Source: Paragordius varius
Lineage: Eukaryota > Animalia > Nematomorpha
Direction of reading: 5' to 3'
Assembly: GCA_964247055.1 (NCBI GenBank)
Contig: OZ176053.1
Coordinates: 11,532,001-11,596,000 of the forward strand
DNA: 64,000 nt
The notes under the pieces are model-generated. The model was given only the letters and a program-made list of their open reading frames with translations. It was not told the origin of the DNA and made no database searches. Below, piece after piece: positions 38,501-48,534 of the stretch. The translations under genes and the position numbers were made by a program. Each line of letters starts with the position of its first letter. The first letter of the stretch is position 1.

Positions 38501-41500
38501 ATAGTACATATTAAATAGTAGGTGAATAATTAAAATTATGGACCACAACCATATATATGGCCATATTGCATATGACAAATGTTATAAAAGTAAAAGTATT
38601 TTATTAAAAAAAAAACGAAAGCTTACCAAAACCTCCTCTGCATTCCCATGATCAAAGTATTCCAGAATGATTGGTTTTACGCGCGTTTCTAGTTCCTCGC
38701 TTTTGAGCTCAGGGACAAATACTTCGGCAATTACATCCTCCTGCCACAGAAATAAATTTTAAAAAAAATTTAAAAAATGATATATTGAATAAATTATGTG
38801 AAAATTAGTAAGTTTCCTTCGAACCAAACTTTGAAAATATTGGTGCCGCAACAGAAATGAAAATCAAATTAGATTGGAGAAGAAGTGAAAAACGTCATTA
38901 TAATAATAAAGAAATATTCATAAACATAATTTATGAATGAGATAGATATCTAAAGTTTTAATAACAAAAATATGATTATATTCTTAAATATTTATAAAAG
39001 ACTGTAATATCAATCACATTTATCCATTTAACTTTATTGAAAAATCCTTTCTGAATATGAGTTTAGACTTAATATCTATAACACACTAGCTTAAAAAATA
39101 TTATTTTATTTGAAAATTTGTATAAAAGTTTTACGCTAACCGATCACATTTTAACTCGTCAAAAAATATGAAAAATATGTTCAATAAAAACATTTATTTA
39201 TGGTGAGAGGCATGGCTCATTATCCTTATCATAACGTTACTAAATAAAATAAACAAATTAGTTTAAAATTTAATAATTTATATGTAAATTCAACATAATT
39301 ATTAAAAAAGAAAATGATAGAACGTGTACACACTTACTCAAATTTAAAATATTGGATTGAATTCAATCATAAAAATGCAATAATTTTATTAAATTCATTG
39401 AGTAAATATTATTGATAATAGGCAAAGCAAATATATTTTGATTGAATTAATTATACCATAAATAAAAGAGATAAAAAGTCAAAACTAATAGAGAAATATA
39501 TATTTATATCATACTGCTTATGTGAGTTTTAATTAACTTCGTCTGTTCTGGTTTCCAAATAGGGTAAAAACATGTGATAATGAAGTATATGTTACAATTC
39601 AATATGGTAAATATTTAGCTTATGGTGGAAAAATCAAAGTTTAAAAAAAGTATAAATTATCTTTTTAAAAACACTTGGCTGTTTTTACATTTCGCCTTAG
39701 GAATTTTAATACCATAGATTGATAAAACAGTCATAGCGTCAAAATTAGTAAAAGACATTATGAAAGTCTATAAAACCGTACTGAACATTCGTTTAAGTAA
39801 AAATTGTCCGAAAATTAATTTTGCGCAAAAACTCTAACTAAAATTATTTTAGGATAATATAGTGTGATGAGAAAGTATACATTGCTAGAAAGTTATTAAT
39901 TATTGCTAAATAGCATTTACAACAAAGGGCAGTATTATTGGCTTATAGTTTTTTTTTTACTTTTTACTATTAGTAGCCAATAATAGTCTCTTTGCTGCAT
40001 ATGATATTTAGCAATAATCAACACTTAGATTCAAATTGGGGTAATTAAATACCCCAGACTAAATTTAAGTTAATATTTTTAAAAACTACTTAAGAACACG
40101 AAACCAATTTAAATTAATGCTTCTATCCTAATAAAAATTTTATAAATAAGCTAAAATATCAAAATAAAATTTCCTTTAAAAAAATTCCATGTCAAACTAC
40201 TTTGACGCCATTATTAATTATCGTGGAAATTTAAATTTAAAGGTAAAAATAAAGCTAATTTAATTAAAACGCTTCGATTTAAATAAGGTTATCTAAATGC
40301 CCCTGACAATATTTACGTTGATATTTTTAAAAAACTACTGAAAGAAACGGTTTCAATTTAAATTTATGCTTCTATCCTAATCAAAATTATATAAATAAGT
40401 CGAAATATCTAAATAAAATTTGGTTTTGAGAAAAAAGCTCAATATCAAACTACTTGGACGCCATTTTTATTTTACATTTTAGCAAAATATCGTGTTTATT
40501 TGATAAGCCTAAAACTTAGTTTACTTTTTCATTATAATCCATTTAACATTGATATATAAAGAAAAAGTGGTATATTTTACATCATTTTTATATTTATAGC
40601 TTATGCACATATGTGATGTTGGCTAAATTTTTACTTTTGGGTTTTACCTCTGAATAAGTAAAATCAAGGATATAACACATTCTTTTCACTCCTTTGATTC
40701 AAAGTGGGGTTAGATACCCCATGCTTGCAAAAATTATAGAATAAATTCAAACTATAGCAAAATTGCCCTTATATAATATTAATGAACCGAAATATTAAAA
40801 AATTCCATTAAAAAATACTTGATATTACTTATTTTGATGTGAAACTCAAAGATAAAAATTAAGTCAACGTAATATGTGTGCATCGGCTAAATTGAAAAAT
40901 AATACAAAATAAACCACTTTAAAACTAGCTGTAATATTACCTTAATAATTAAATTTTATTAGATATTTTGACTTATTTATATAATTTTTATCAGGATAAA
41001 AGCATAAATTTATATTGAGACCGATTCTTTTCATATTTTTCAAAGTATATAATTTTGGCCTGGGGTATTCAACTACCCCAATTTGATTCAAAGGACTGAA
41101 ATGAATGTGTTGTATCCAAGTGTTAATAACTTTCTAGCAATATATACTTACTGATACTGTATAATTAAATTTTAAATGTAATTTTAACTATGGCAGGTTG
41201 ACTAAAACTCCAAAACATAAATATAAAAGGTTTTCATACAAATTAACCATAAAATATTACGCATTCAAATACAATGTTGTCTACATGTTTTCTTAGTCTA
41301 AATTTGATAAAGTAGTACATGTACTTTTAAAAAAGAAATAAATATTTATATTATTAAAAAATCAAAACTTTTAAGTTTGGTACAAAGCCAAATGGAAATT
41401 AAATTTTATTTATTCCTAAATAAAATAATAAAATATGACGTGGATAGGAGCTAACATATTTGATTATTAATTCTCATAATGTTATTTTTTTCGTTTGTAG

Positions 41501-42048
41501 AAAGATAGATGCATAACATAAGAAAATAAATCGATAATGTAGATTTAAATTTAATTCACATAAACATATTCTAAGGTTTGTATCCAAGTTCATTCAAATT
41601 TATAACGCATCTAATATATATTATGAGTAGCATTTTAAAAAAATATACCTTGATGCCAGGTTCAATTAAAATTTATTTTAAAAATATATAAATAATTAAA
41701 ATTATAAAACAACCATTAATATACCGAACTTTCAGAATCATAATTAGGATCATTCTTATCAATGTAGCGATTGGCTACCTCCATATTTTCACCTATCTTG
41801 CCCCAAGTTCCTTTTCCACCAGCACCGCCTGAATTAATCAAAAGAAAATTACCTTTCTTAGCTAATCCTCGTCCTTTACCAATTCTAGATTTTCGATTAT
41901 TTTTAGCCGTTATAGGAGTTTGCTCATTAAAAAACAATTTATTATTAAAACGCTTGGTGACTTGTTTAAACTCGTTTTGACGAACATTTTGTGAAAGAAT
42001 GTGATCGATCCCCTTAACATCCAATATTGCGTGAGACGATTGCTCCAT
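29933..42048 (-). CDS. PDCD4: Programmed cell death protein 4 (MA3-domain eIF4A inhibitor), 13 coding exons, predicted 798 aa (806 aa if the 24-nt segment is retained)
   Basis: Hand-built model, complement join: 42048-41853, 41828-41725, 38740-38627, 37611-37389, 36569-36378, 35651-35332, 35069-34942, 34421-34330, 33595-33401, 32809-32568, 32365-32179, 30760-30436, 30011-29933. Total 2397 nt, all GT-AG, phases consistent. Hallmarks: RKSRIGKGRGLAKK-GGAGGKGTWG, DPNYD, PIILEYFDHG, ISLALDRK, DIPGAPQ-IVGNFLARVIGD, LKELNVPHFHHEYVY, GFERL, ARKRYMSESDG. Confidence 0.93.
30436..30760 (-). CDS. PDCD4: PDCD4 exon 12, largely a lineage-specific insertion
   Basis: TTACAG acceptor (phase 1), 107 open codons, consensus GTGAGT donor (phase 2) joining in frame to the conserved last exon. 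Confidence 0.78.
30781..31088. mobile_element. MITE family 3 (TACCATTTACAGTTCAA TIR with 21-bp subterminal repeats) in a PDCD4 intron
   Basis: TIR pair TACCATTTACAGTTCAA / TTGAACTATAAATGGTA, TA flanks, GAATTTGAATTGTTCAAGGGT-type repeats. Confidence 0.75.
32179..32365 (-). CDS. PDCD4: PDCD4 exon 11 (GFERLIEDLPKICKVIPKAKELFEQFVDLC...)
   Basis: ATATAG acceptor, GTATTT donor (phase 1); matches human GYERIYNEIPDINLDVPHSYSVLERFVEEC. Confidence 0.88.
32504..32545. repeat. (TA)n microsatellite; others at ~2859-2887, 14538-14570, 15775-15800, 29560-29590, 34214-34240
   Basis: Directly visible. Confidence 0.9.
32568..32809 (-). CDS. PDCD4: PDCD4 exon 10 (AGRALKELNVPHFHHEYVYRALVLVLK...)
   Basis: GTTTAG acceptor, GTATAC donor; diagnostic MA3 domain 2 motif LKEL.VPHFHHE.VY. 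Confidence 0.93.
33401..33595 (-). CDS. PDCD4: PDCD4 exon 9 (NLAAIWGATGSALPIKTLIKLMDRNLRRFL...)
   Basis: TTCTTAG acceptor, GTATAT donor, both phase 1; matches human DSVWGSGGGQQSVNHLVKEIDMLLKEYL. Confidence 0.85.
33635..33930. mobile_element. MITE family 3 copy (opposite internal orientation, right end degenerate) in a PDCD4 intron
   Basis: TACCATTTACAG left end; interior is the reverse complement of 30781-31088. Confidence 0.65.
34330..34421 (-). CDS. PDCD4: PDCD4 exon 8, 92 bp (RKAIDRAKYLLKYP...); missed by the ORF track
   Basis: CTACAG acceptor (phase 2), GTATAT donor (phase 1); matches human RAALDKATVLLSM and resolves the phase mismatch between its neighbours. Confidence 0.85.
34942..35069 (-). 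CDS. PDCD4: PDCD4 exon 7 (IVGNFLARVIGDDCL...HIR)
   Basis: CTTTAG acceptor, GTTATT donor (phase 2); matches human LVGQFIARAVGDGIL. Confidence 0.88.
35332..35651 (-). CDS. PDCD4: PDCD4 exon 6 (Ser/Thr-rich insertion, then MDKSDFYITFLSILRDDLNEWTVDIPGAPQ)
   Basis: GGACAG acceptor (phase 1; the 5' boundary is less certain), GTGAAA donor after APQ; the 3' end matches human ...DLPELALDTPRAPQ. Confidence 0.82.
36378..36569 (-). CDS. PDCD4: PDCD4 exon 5, lineage-specific Ser/Thr/Asn-rich insertion exon
   Basis: TTACAG acceptor (phase 1) and open frame. The GTAATA donor was chosen for phase compatibility; an alternative GTTATA 15 nt further on is possible. No homology support. Confidence 0.65.
36662..37205. 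mobile_element. MITE related to family 3 (TACCATTTGCACTTCAA TIR) in a PDCD4 intron
   Basis: TIR pair TACCATTTGCACTTCAA / TTGAAGTGCAAATGGTA with TA flanks and ~21-bp subterminal repeats; a fragment also lies at ~22440-22540. Confidence 0.7.
37389..37611 (-). CDS. PDCD4: PDCD4 exon 4 (DSLFELNV...ISLALDRK...LLSEMG plus start of insertion)
   Basis: GCATAG acceptor, GTAAAA donor (phase 1); MA3 motif LAISLALDRKDGDKELTSILLS. Confidence 0.88.
38627..38740 (-). CDS. PDCD4: PDCD4 exon 3, 114 bp (EDVIAEVF...PIILEYFDHGNAEEVL); missed by the ORF track
   Basis: TGTGGCAG acceptor, GTAAGC donor; matches the start of MA3 domain 1 (human PIIQEYFEHGDTNEVA). Confidence 0.93.
40022..41122. mobile_element. MITE family 1 composite in the long PDCD4 intron (partial copy, second copy and inverted internal segment)
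   Basis: Left-end sequence starts at 40022 and again at ~40270; ~40690-41000 is the reverse complement of the family's right half; the canonical right end AAGTG|TTAA is at 41122. Confidence 0.7.
41725..41828 (-). CDS. PDCD4: PDCD4 exon 2 (GGAGGKGTWG...DPNYDSESS)
   Basis: Acceptor TTCAG at 41829, donor GTATAT at 41724; conserved GGAGGKG.WG and DPNYD motifs. Confidence 0.9.
41829..41852 (-). other. Candidate 24-nt GT-AG spliceosomal micro-intron (GTAATTTTCTTTTGATTAATTCAG)
   Basis: Removing it converts AKK-GNFLLINS-GGAGGKG into the conserved AKKGGAGGKG. Length is 3n with no stop, so retention is also possible. Confidence 0.7.
41853..42048 (-). CDS. PDCD4: PDCD4 exon 1 (ATG to ...RGLAKK-G, phase 1)
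   Basis: ATG in context CAACATGG; in-frame TAA 12 codons upstream with no AG between it and the ATG; RKSRIGKGRGLAKK motif. Confidence 0.85.
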
Positions 42049-42089
42049 GTTGCCGATAACAAGAGAGCGAAAGGTGTGCGTTTATTTAA

Positions 42090-42670
42090 CACTTCGATTC
42101 AAATTGGGGTATCTAAATACCCCAGACTAAGTTTAAATTAAAATTTTTAAAAAACTACTGACGGAAACGGTCCCAATTTAAATTTATGCTTTTTTCCTGA
42201 TAAATATTATATAAATATGCCAAAATATCTTGATAAAATTTTGTTTTTAAAAAAAAGTTCCATCTCAAACTACTTCGACGCCATTTTTATTTTACAAAAA
42301 TTTTGCAAAATATCGTCTTCATTTAATTTTAAGGGTAAAACTAAAGCTATTTTTATATATAAATTACATCTAACATTGATAGAAACGGAAAAAGCGGTTT
42401 ATTTTGTATTATTTTTTAATTCTACAATTTGACACATGTCACGTTGACGAAATTTTTACCTTTCGATTGTAGCTTAAAATAAGTAATATTAAGTATTTTT
42501 GAATACTAATTTTATATATTTCGGTTTATTAATGTTATATAAGTGCAAAATTTTGCAATGGTTTCGATTCCTTCCATACCTTTTAAAGTATTTAATTTTT
42601 AACAGGCCTGGGGTATCCAACTACCCCAATTTGAATCGAAGGACTAAAATGAGTGTGTTGTATCCAAGTG
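42090..42670. mobile_element. MITE family 1, best-preserved copy, 41 bp upstream of the PDCD4 ATG
   Basis: TTAA|CACTT...AAGTG|TTAA, 581 bp, non-coding. Confidence 0.85.
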
Positions 42671-45148
42671 TTAAATTTTAACAATGTAAAGTCATCTGAT
42701 TTAATTATTTTTGTTAATAAATGAACCCTCTAACACTTAACGATCTTTGGGTAGTTTTATACCCTAAACAATTTTAAGTTTTATTAAATATGTTTTTCGC
42801 ATAGGAAATTTAAAATGTGCTTTTTGCTTTACGGATGATAAAACATTTTTAAAAAAATGTAAATTTGTTAAAAATTATTCTAAACATTGCCTCTTTTTAA
42901 TATTAAATTATAGAACAGGGAAACAAATGTATATTTGATACTTAATAAATTGTTGTGGAAAGCGTTAAGTTATAATTTACCAGCATTTCTAATATTCCTT
43001 GAATATAATATCAGTTGTTTTCAATCGTGTTTTAGAGCCGAAATTTAGGACTTTTCGAGAAAAACTGTAATGTTTGTAAAAATTATCTAAAACAGGAGAA
43101 AAAGGTTCAATAATTAATTAACCAAACTACTTCAAACTTAAAGTAAAAACAAAATGTCTTGAAAGTTTTGATTAACACCTCATTAAATTTTTATTTTTTG
43201 TCCCAGATCACATTTTGGGTACTTTTATAGTCCAGAAATTATTGCGAATAAACTACTTTAACTATTATAAATTTTTTTATCAAGCATGATTCTCGTTGAT
43301 TATTATGTTTCTTACAGTTTTGTGACTTCCAGAGGCTATTGCGACAACTCCAAAACATGATGGAAACGAAGCTGTTTTTAATAAATATATAAGCTTTTTC
43401 TGCCAATATGTAGCCTAAAAGTTTTTGAAGTTAAATATTTACATCATTAAACCATATTTATACATTTGCCTGTTGCATTAGTGATTAAATAATTTTCGAG
43501 AAAAATGGCGGCAAAAAAGTTTGGGATAAGATTTTTTTACAAATTTTCATTTCTTTAAATAGTATTTTTCTATAACGCGCCTAAAAGGCTAAAAAAGCAT
43601 ATTTAAATTCGGATTAATACTATGAGGATATTCCAATTTCGAAAGGCTCTTGGATATAAAACTCTCCCAAAGAATGGACAGCTTACATAATATTTTACTA
43701 TTTATAAGGTTTACATGTTGTAATAAATTTATATCCTAAAAAGGCCAAACCCATCATGAGAATCTTGATGCAATTTATAAGAGAAAATAAATATCATTAA
43801 ATATCCTATACTGTGTGCACCGATAGATGGAGTTAAATGCTCCAATCTTTAAACCAGGGACCAAAATGCTCTCCGAAACTTCCTCCAGTCCGCGAAAAAA
43901 TTTTTACAATTTACTAAGATATGTTCATAACATCTTAAAATTGATATTTTATAAGCTTTTTTTCTAAAAAAATCAAAAATGGCAAGAACGATAATGTTAC
44001 ATTATATTTACAATATACAGTAAAATTAGAAAAGCCAGTTAAAGTTTTTGAGACAACAATGTGGCCCGCGAAGCCACTTGTGTTAGACACGGCTGCTTTC
44101 AACTATATAACAATGTATATAGTTAAATTTAAATATGGTAAACGGTGTCAGGATCCTATAGATTTTTGAATCTTACGTGTTATCATAGTGACATCACATT
44201 CTTTGACACATATGTGATCGGCCTATTTTGGCCAATATCGTCACTTAATCGCATGAGAATAGAGTTTAAGGCATATCTATAAATATATTTTGATTTGTTT
44301 AAAATTAAGCTAATTTATATATAATATTGGATTTTTTATTTTTTATATATGATTCAAGCTAAATTTAAAAATTACTTTAAACAGACTTTCTATCAGCCAT
44401 CTCAAGATAATTAACTATATAAACCATCAATAGTTTAATAAAAGTTACATGCTATATAAGTTTTATTTTCGATACATCGCTATTGTCTTTACCTAATAAA
44501 GCAAATATAAAAAGTTTATATCCCTTGGTTTAAACCATGGGACAAAAAATTATTACGTAATAATAAAAGGAATGAATTTTCAACAATCATTAAACAATTA
44601 ACTTTAACGATCATTTGTGGAATGTTCGTTTTAACCATATATCAACGTTGTTCAATTTATTAACTTAATATTAAGTTGGCTCAATCCGGAATCCACGAAA
44701 GTAAATATTTAACAAAGTTTTTGGATAATAAAAAATGGACACCCATATACATCATTAATTGACGAGTTAAGCACATTATTTTTTTAGTACGTAAATATTA
44801 ATACCACATGTCCATACATTGGATATTCTAAGGCGCTGCCGCAAAATAAAAATTATTACTTTAATTATTAAACAAATATTAAAAATAAATTACCGAGCTA
44901 TCCAGTACAAAGTATTTATAAAAATAAATTATAATTTATTAAAAATTGACGTTTACTAAAACTCGTGGCATGGAAAAATACCTCAGAATTCTTAGTGTAT
45001 TTTTAGCTAGAACATTAACACTTTAATGGTAATTGATTTATATCGGTCACAATTGCACATATATCATATATTAGATTTGAGCTTAATGCTTAATTCCAAA
45101 AAAACAAAAAATATAATCTTAATTTATAATGTATGTTGTTGTTGTTGT

Positions 45149-48100
45149 TTAACAGTAAGCTTTGATGGTGCACCATCGTAAGCTATCCAACTTTTTATGA
45201 AATAGTTCTTTATCAATACAATCTGTTTTTAGCAGTTTGAGTTGTTGGAAATCTAGATCAATCTTTTTAGTCCAAGTTAAACGTGGGCGACCGGGCTTAT
45301 TGTTCCCGGGTGGAATGATGTCGAATGAGGTCCTGATCGGATTGTCAGGATTCATACGGTCAAGGTGACCGTAGTACCGCATTCTTTTGAATTGAATGAA
45401 TTTGTCTATAGGCTCCATTTGTATGTGATTGCGGATATCTTGGGGATTTAGGTGCGTTGACACAGGCGTAGTATGCGATTTTCCGCGCTGATAAAACGTT
45501 TCTCTTGAGTTTGTGTCAATGCCATGGTTTCTGTAGCATATGTCAAAACTGGTCTTATGCCCATTTTATAAATTAAGCCTTTTGTTTTAATAGATATGTG
45601 CTTTTGTTTAAGAATGTATTTTAGCTGATGATATTTTCCCCAGGTACGGTGTTTTCTTGCATTTATTGCGCTATTGTTTGATGAGTCTGATGTTATTTTG
45701 TCGCCAAGATAGGTAAACTCGGTTACCACTTCAAAGCTTGAGTTACTAAGGACTATGTGCTTAATTGATGGGGGCGGTGAATGCTGCACGCATGATTGGC
45801 ATTTGAAATTTATCTGTTCGGATAGTTTGCCGATAATGTTTGTACATTTTTTGTGACACCATTTTTTACATGCAGAGCAGAGAATAGAATCAAATCCAAC
45901 ATTTAATCCGCAAACTCCGCATGGGTATTTAATTTCATTGTGGGGTTCACCCGTTATCAGGATTTTACTTTTATTTTCATTTATTTTGAATCCGAATTTG
46001 GTTAGCTGTTGTTGCCATTGTATAAACATTTTCTCTAAGTCTGAAATCGAGGTTGCGGTAAGAACTATGTCATCTGCATATATACTTTCATATGGCAGAT
46101 TTAACCGAATATCGCGAGTAACAGCGTCTAATATTGTAATAAACAGCAAGGGACTTAAGGCTGAACCTTGATGGAGTCCTACTTTAATTTCAAAGGAATC
46201 TGAATCTCCCATAGGGGTTCTAACAAATGTTTTAGAATTTTGATATAGAAGCATGATAGCTTGGATTAGTTGTTCATCCACGTTATTTACTTTTAAAGCC
46301 CATGGAATTAATGATCTGGGAACTCTATCAAAAGCTTTCTCCAAATCAAGAAAAAGATGATATAGTTTTTTATTTTTTAAAAGATAGTTATCTTGTATAC
46401 GTTTTAAGACGAATATGGCGTCTGTAGTTGAGTGGCTTGGACGGAAGGCAAATTGAGAGGATGATAATGTTACCTGGTTCCTTAATTTATTTTCTAATAC
46501 AACTTCGAATATTTTTAAAGCATGTTCTAAAAGTTTAATCGATCTATAGGAAGAACATTCTAACTGACTGCCTTTATTTTTATAAATGGGGATTGTAATG
46601 CTTTCTTCCCAATCCGGCGGTATGGTTTGGTATCGAATTATAAGATTAAAAAGATTAGTGAGGTATTGTAATCCGGTTTTTCCTGATTTTTTGATTATAT
46701 CGGAAGATAGTTGGGTAGGTCCACTTGATTTATTATTTTTCATTTTTTTTAGCGCATTTTCCACATCAGCTAACGAAAATTCTAAAATCGAATGTTTATT
46801 GTTGATATTCATGGAAGGAATATGATATGGATTTGTTGTATTCAGAAGATCTTTGGTATAGTCTTCCCATATTTTTATAACCTCGGAATGATTTGTTTGA
46901 ATAATACCATTTTTATCTTTAATATATTTCGTTTTGGGAATATCTTTTTTGTTTTCATTTGATAATTTCATTCGATTAAAGATTTTGAAATTTTTTGCAT
47001 CCTTCTCTAGCGACTCTGCAATTTTTATGCTGTTTTCGTGTTTGAGTTTGGTGATTGATTTTGCAACTTCGCTACGTAATTGTAAGTATTTTTTTCGATC
47101 TTCCTCTTTATAGGTTTTTTTCCACAATCGGAAGGCTCGGTTTCGCGATTTGATTTGGGGTTTAATTTCATCACTCCACCACCAATTTGACTTCCTTTTC
47201 CTAGCGCCCTTTGTCATGCCACATATTGCCTTGGTGTTCTTGAGTAAGGAATTTTTAAAAAGATCCCAGGTTTGACCCACGTTGTTATCGGTTAAGCGAC
47301 TTTCGTTTAAATCTATATTGACAGCTTCCATAAACTTATCAGCATATATGGGTTTTTGAAGCATTTTAATGTTTGGTTTGGGTTTGTGGTGTCTTATTGG
47401 TATGGATTTGGAATTTGATCCAAATAGTAAGGTAGATACTACTAGCCTATGTTGGGTGTCAGCATTGTAACATTTTGTATCATTGCATATTTTTCTTTTC
47501 TCCTTTGGAATCAGAATATAATCAATTTGAGATTTTGCATTTCCTGAGGAATATGTATATAGCTTATGATCAGGTTTGGTAAAGTTTGTATTTAATATGC
47601 ATAGGTTGAACATTGCACAGAAATCAAGGACGGATTCTCCTTCTTTGTTTAGCAGTCCGTATCCAAAACCACCATGGATACCAGCATATTCGATTCCTTG
47701 TTTACCCACGTGTCCTTTCATGTCGCCGGCAATCATTATCAGGTCTTTATCATGAACTTTACGCATTATTTCAAAAAGTTGATCCCAGAATTTTTGTTTT
47801 AGACTGTCTGCGAGTCCTGGTTGTGGGGCATATACACATATAATATTTATTATGGAGTTACTATGTACTAATCTAATTTGGATTATACGGTCATTGTGTC
47901 TTAAAACATCGAGGATGTTGTCACAGTGCTTTTCATGTAAAAGAATTCCGACACCTCCTGTCGCCTTATTTCCTCCCTGATAAAAGCATTTATAATCACC
48001 AGCAGTGAAGTTGCCGCTTCCAGAATACCTTGTTTCTTGTAGGCAACACACATCGCCTTGTAATAGTTTAAGCTTTTCTACAATATCTATAGTTTTGTTT

Positions 48101-48174
48101 CTTAGAGATCCTACATTCCACGTCGCATATTTAAAAGTTTGTCGTTTTAAAATCATTTTAGTTGTAGTTATCAT
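45149..48174 (-). CDS. RTE ORF: APE endonuclease + reverse transcriptase + PHD-like finger, with one frameshift near 45460
   Basis: APE motifs TWNVGSL, CLQETR, VYAPQ, IAGDMKGHVG, SQIDYIL; RT motifs YRSIKLL, DLEKAFDRVPR, GLHQGSALSP, YADD, FTYLG. The 45448-48174 frame stops after RILRLCQRT, and the RTE-like C-terminus (DIRNHIQMEPI...RYYGHLDRM...GRPRLTW) continues in the 45149-45463 frame. Confidence 0.93.
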
Positions 48175-48534
48175 TATTTTAAAAATGAGGCAAAGTTTTA
48201 CAATTTTATGCCCTTAAAATAAACCTCTTAACTCCGAGGAGGGGTAAATGCAATCCTAGCATTTAATAGGGAAATTTATTTGGCTTTCAAACCTAGGAAA
48301 TTGCCTTACAGGGCTAACGAAGTTTCCTCCCCGCATTCAGATATCGATAGTATACCATATGTTGTACCATCATTTTTGTGTCGTTGGAAGGAAGGGCTCT
48401 GGTTATAGCGCCAGTTCCCGCTTTATCGATTGTGTGACTGCAGGCATTGTGGTATTTTATAGAGCATGAGAAGCCCTTTCCCATGCTCACCACGCCCCAC
48501 ACCACATCAGACCATACGCATGCCTTTCCATGTG

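Noticed and set aside
48314-48505. 63-aa ORF in the RTE 5' UTR as ORF1
   Set aside because: Non-ATG start in the track, no recognisable motif, and a length expected by chance in a GC-richer UTR.
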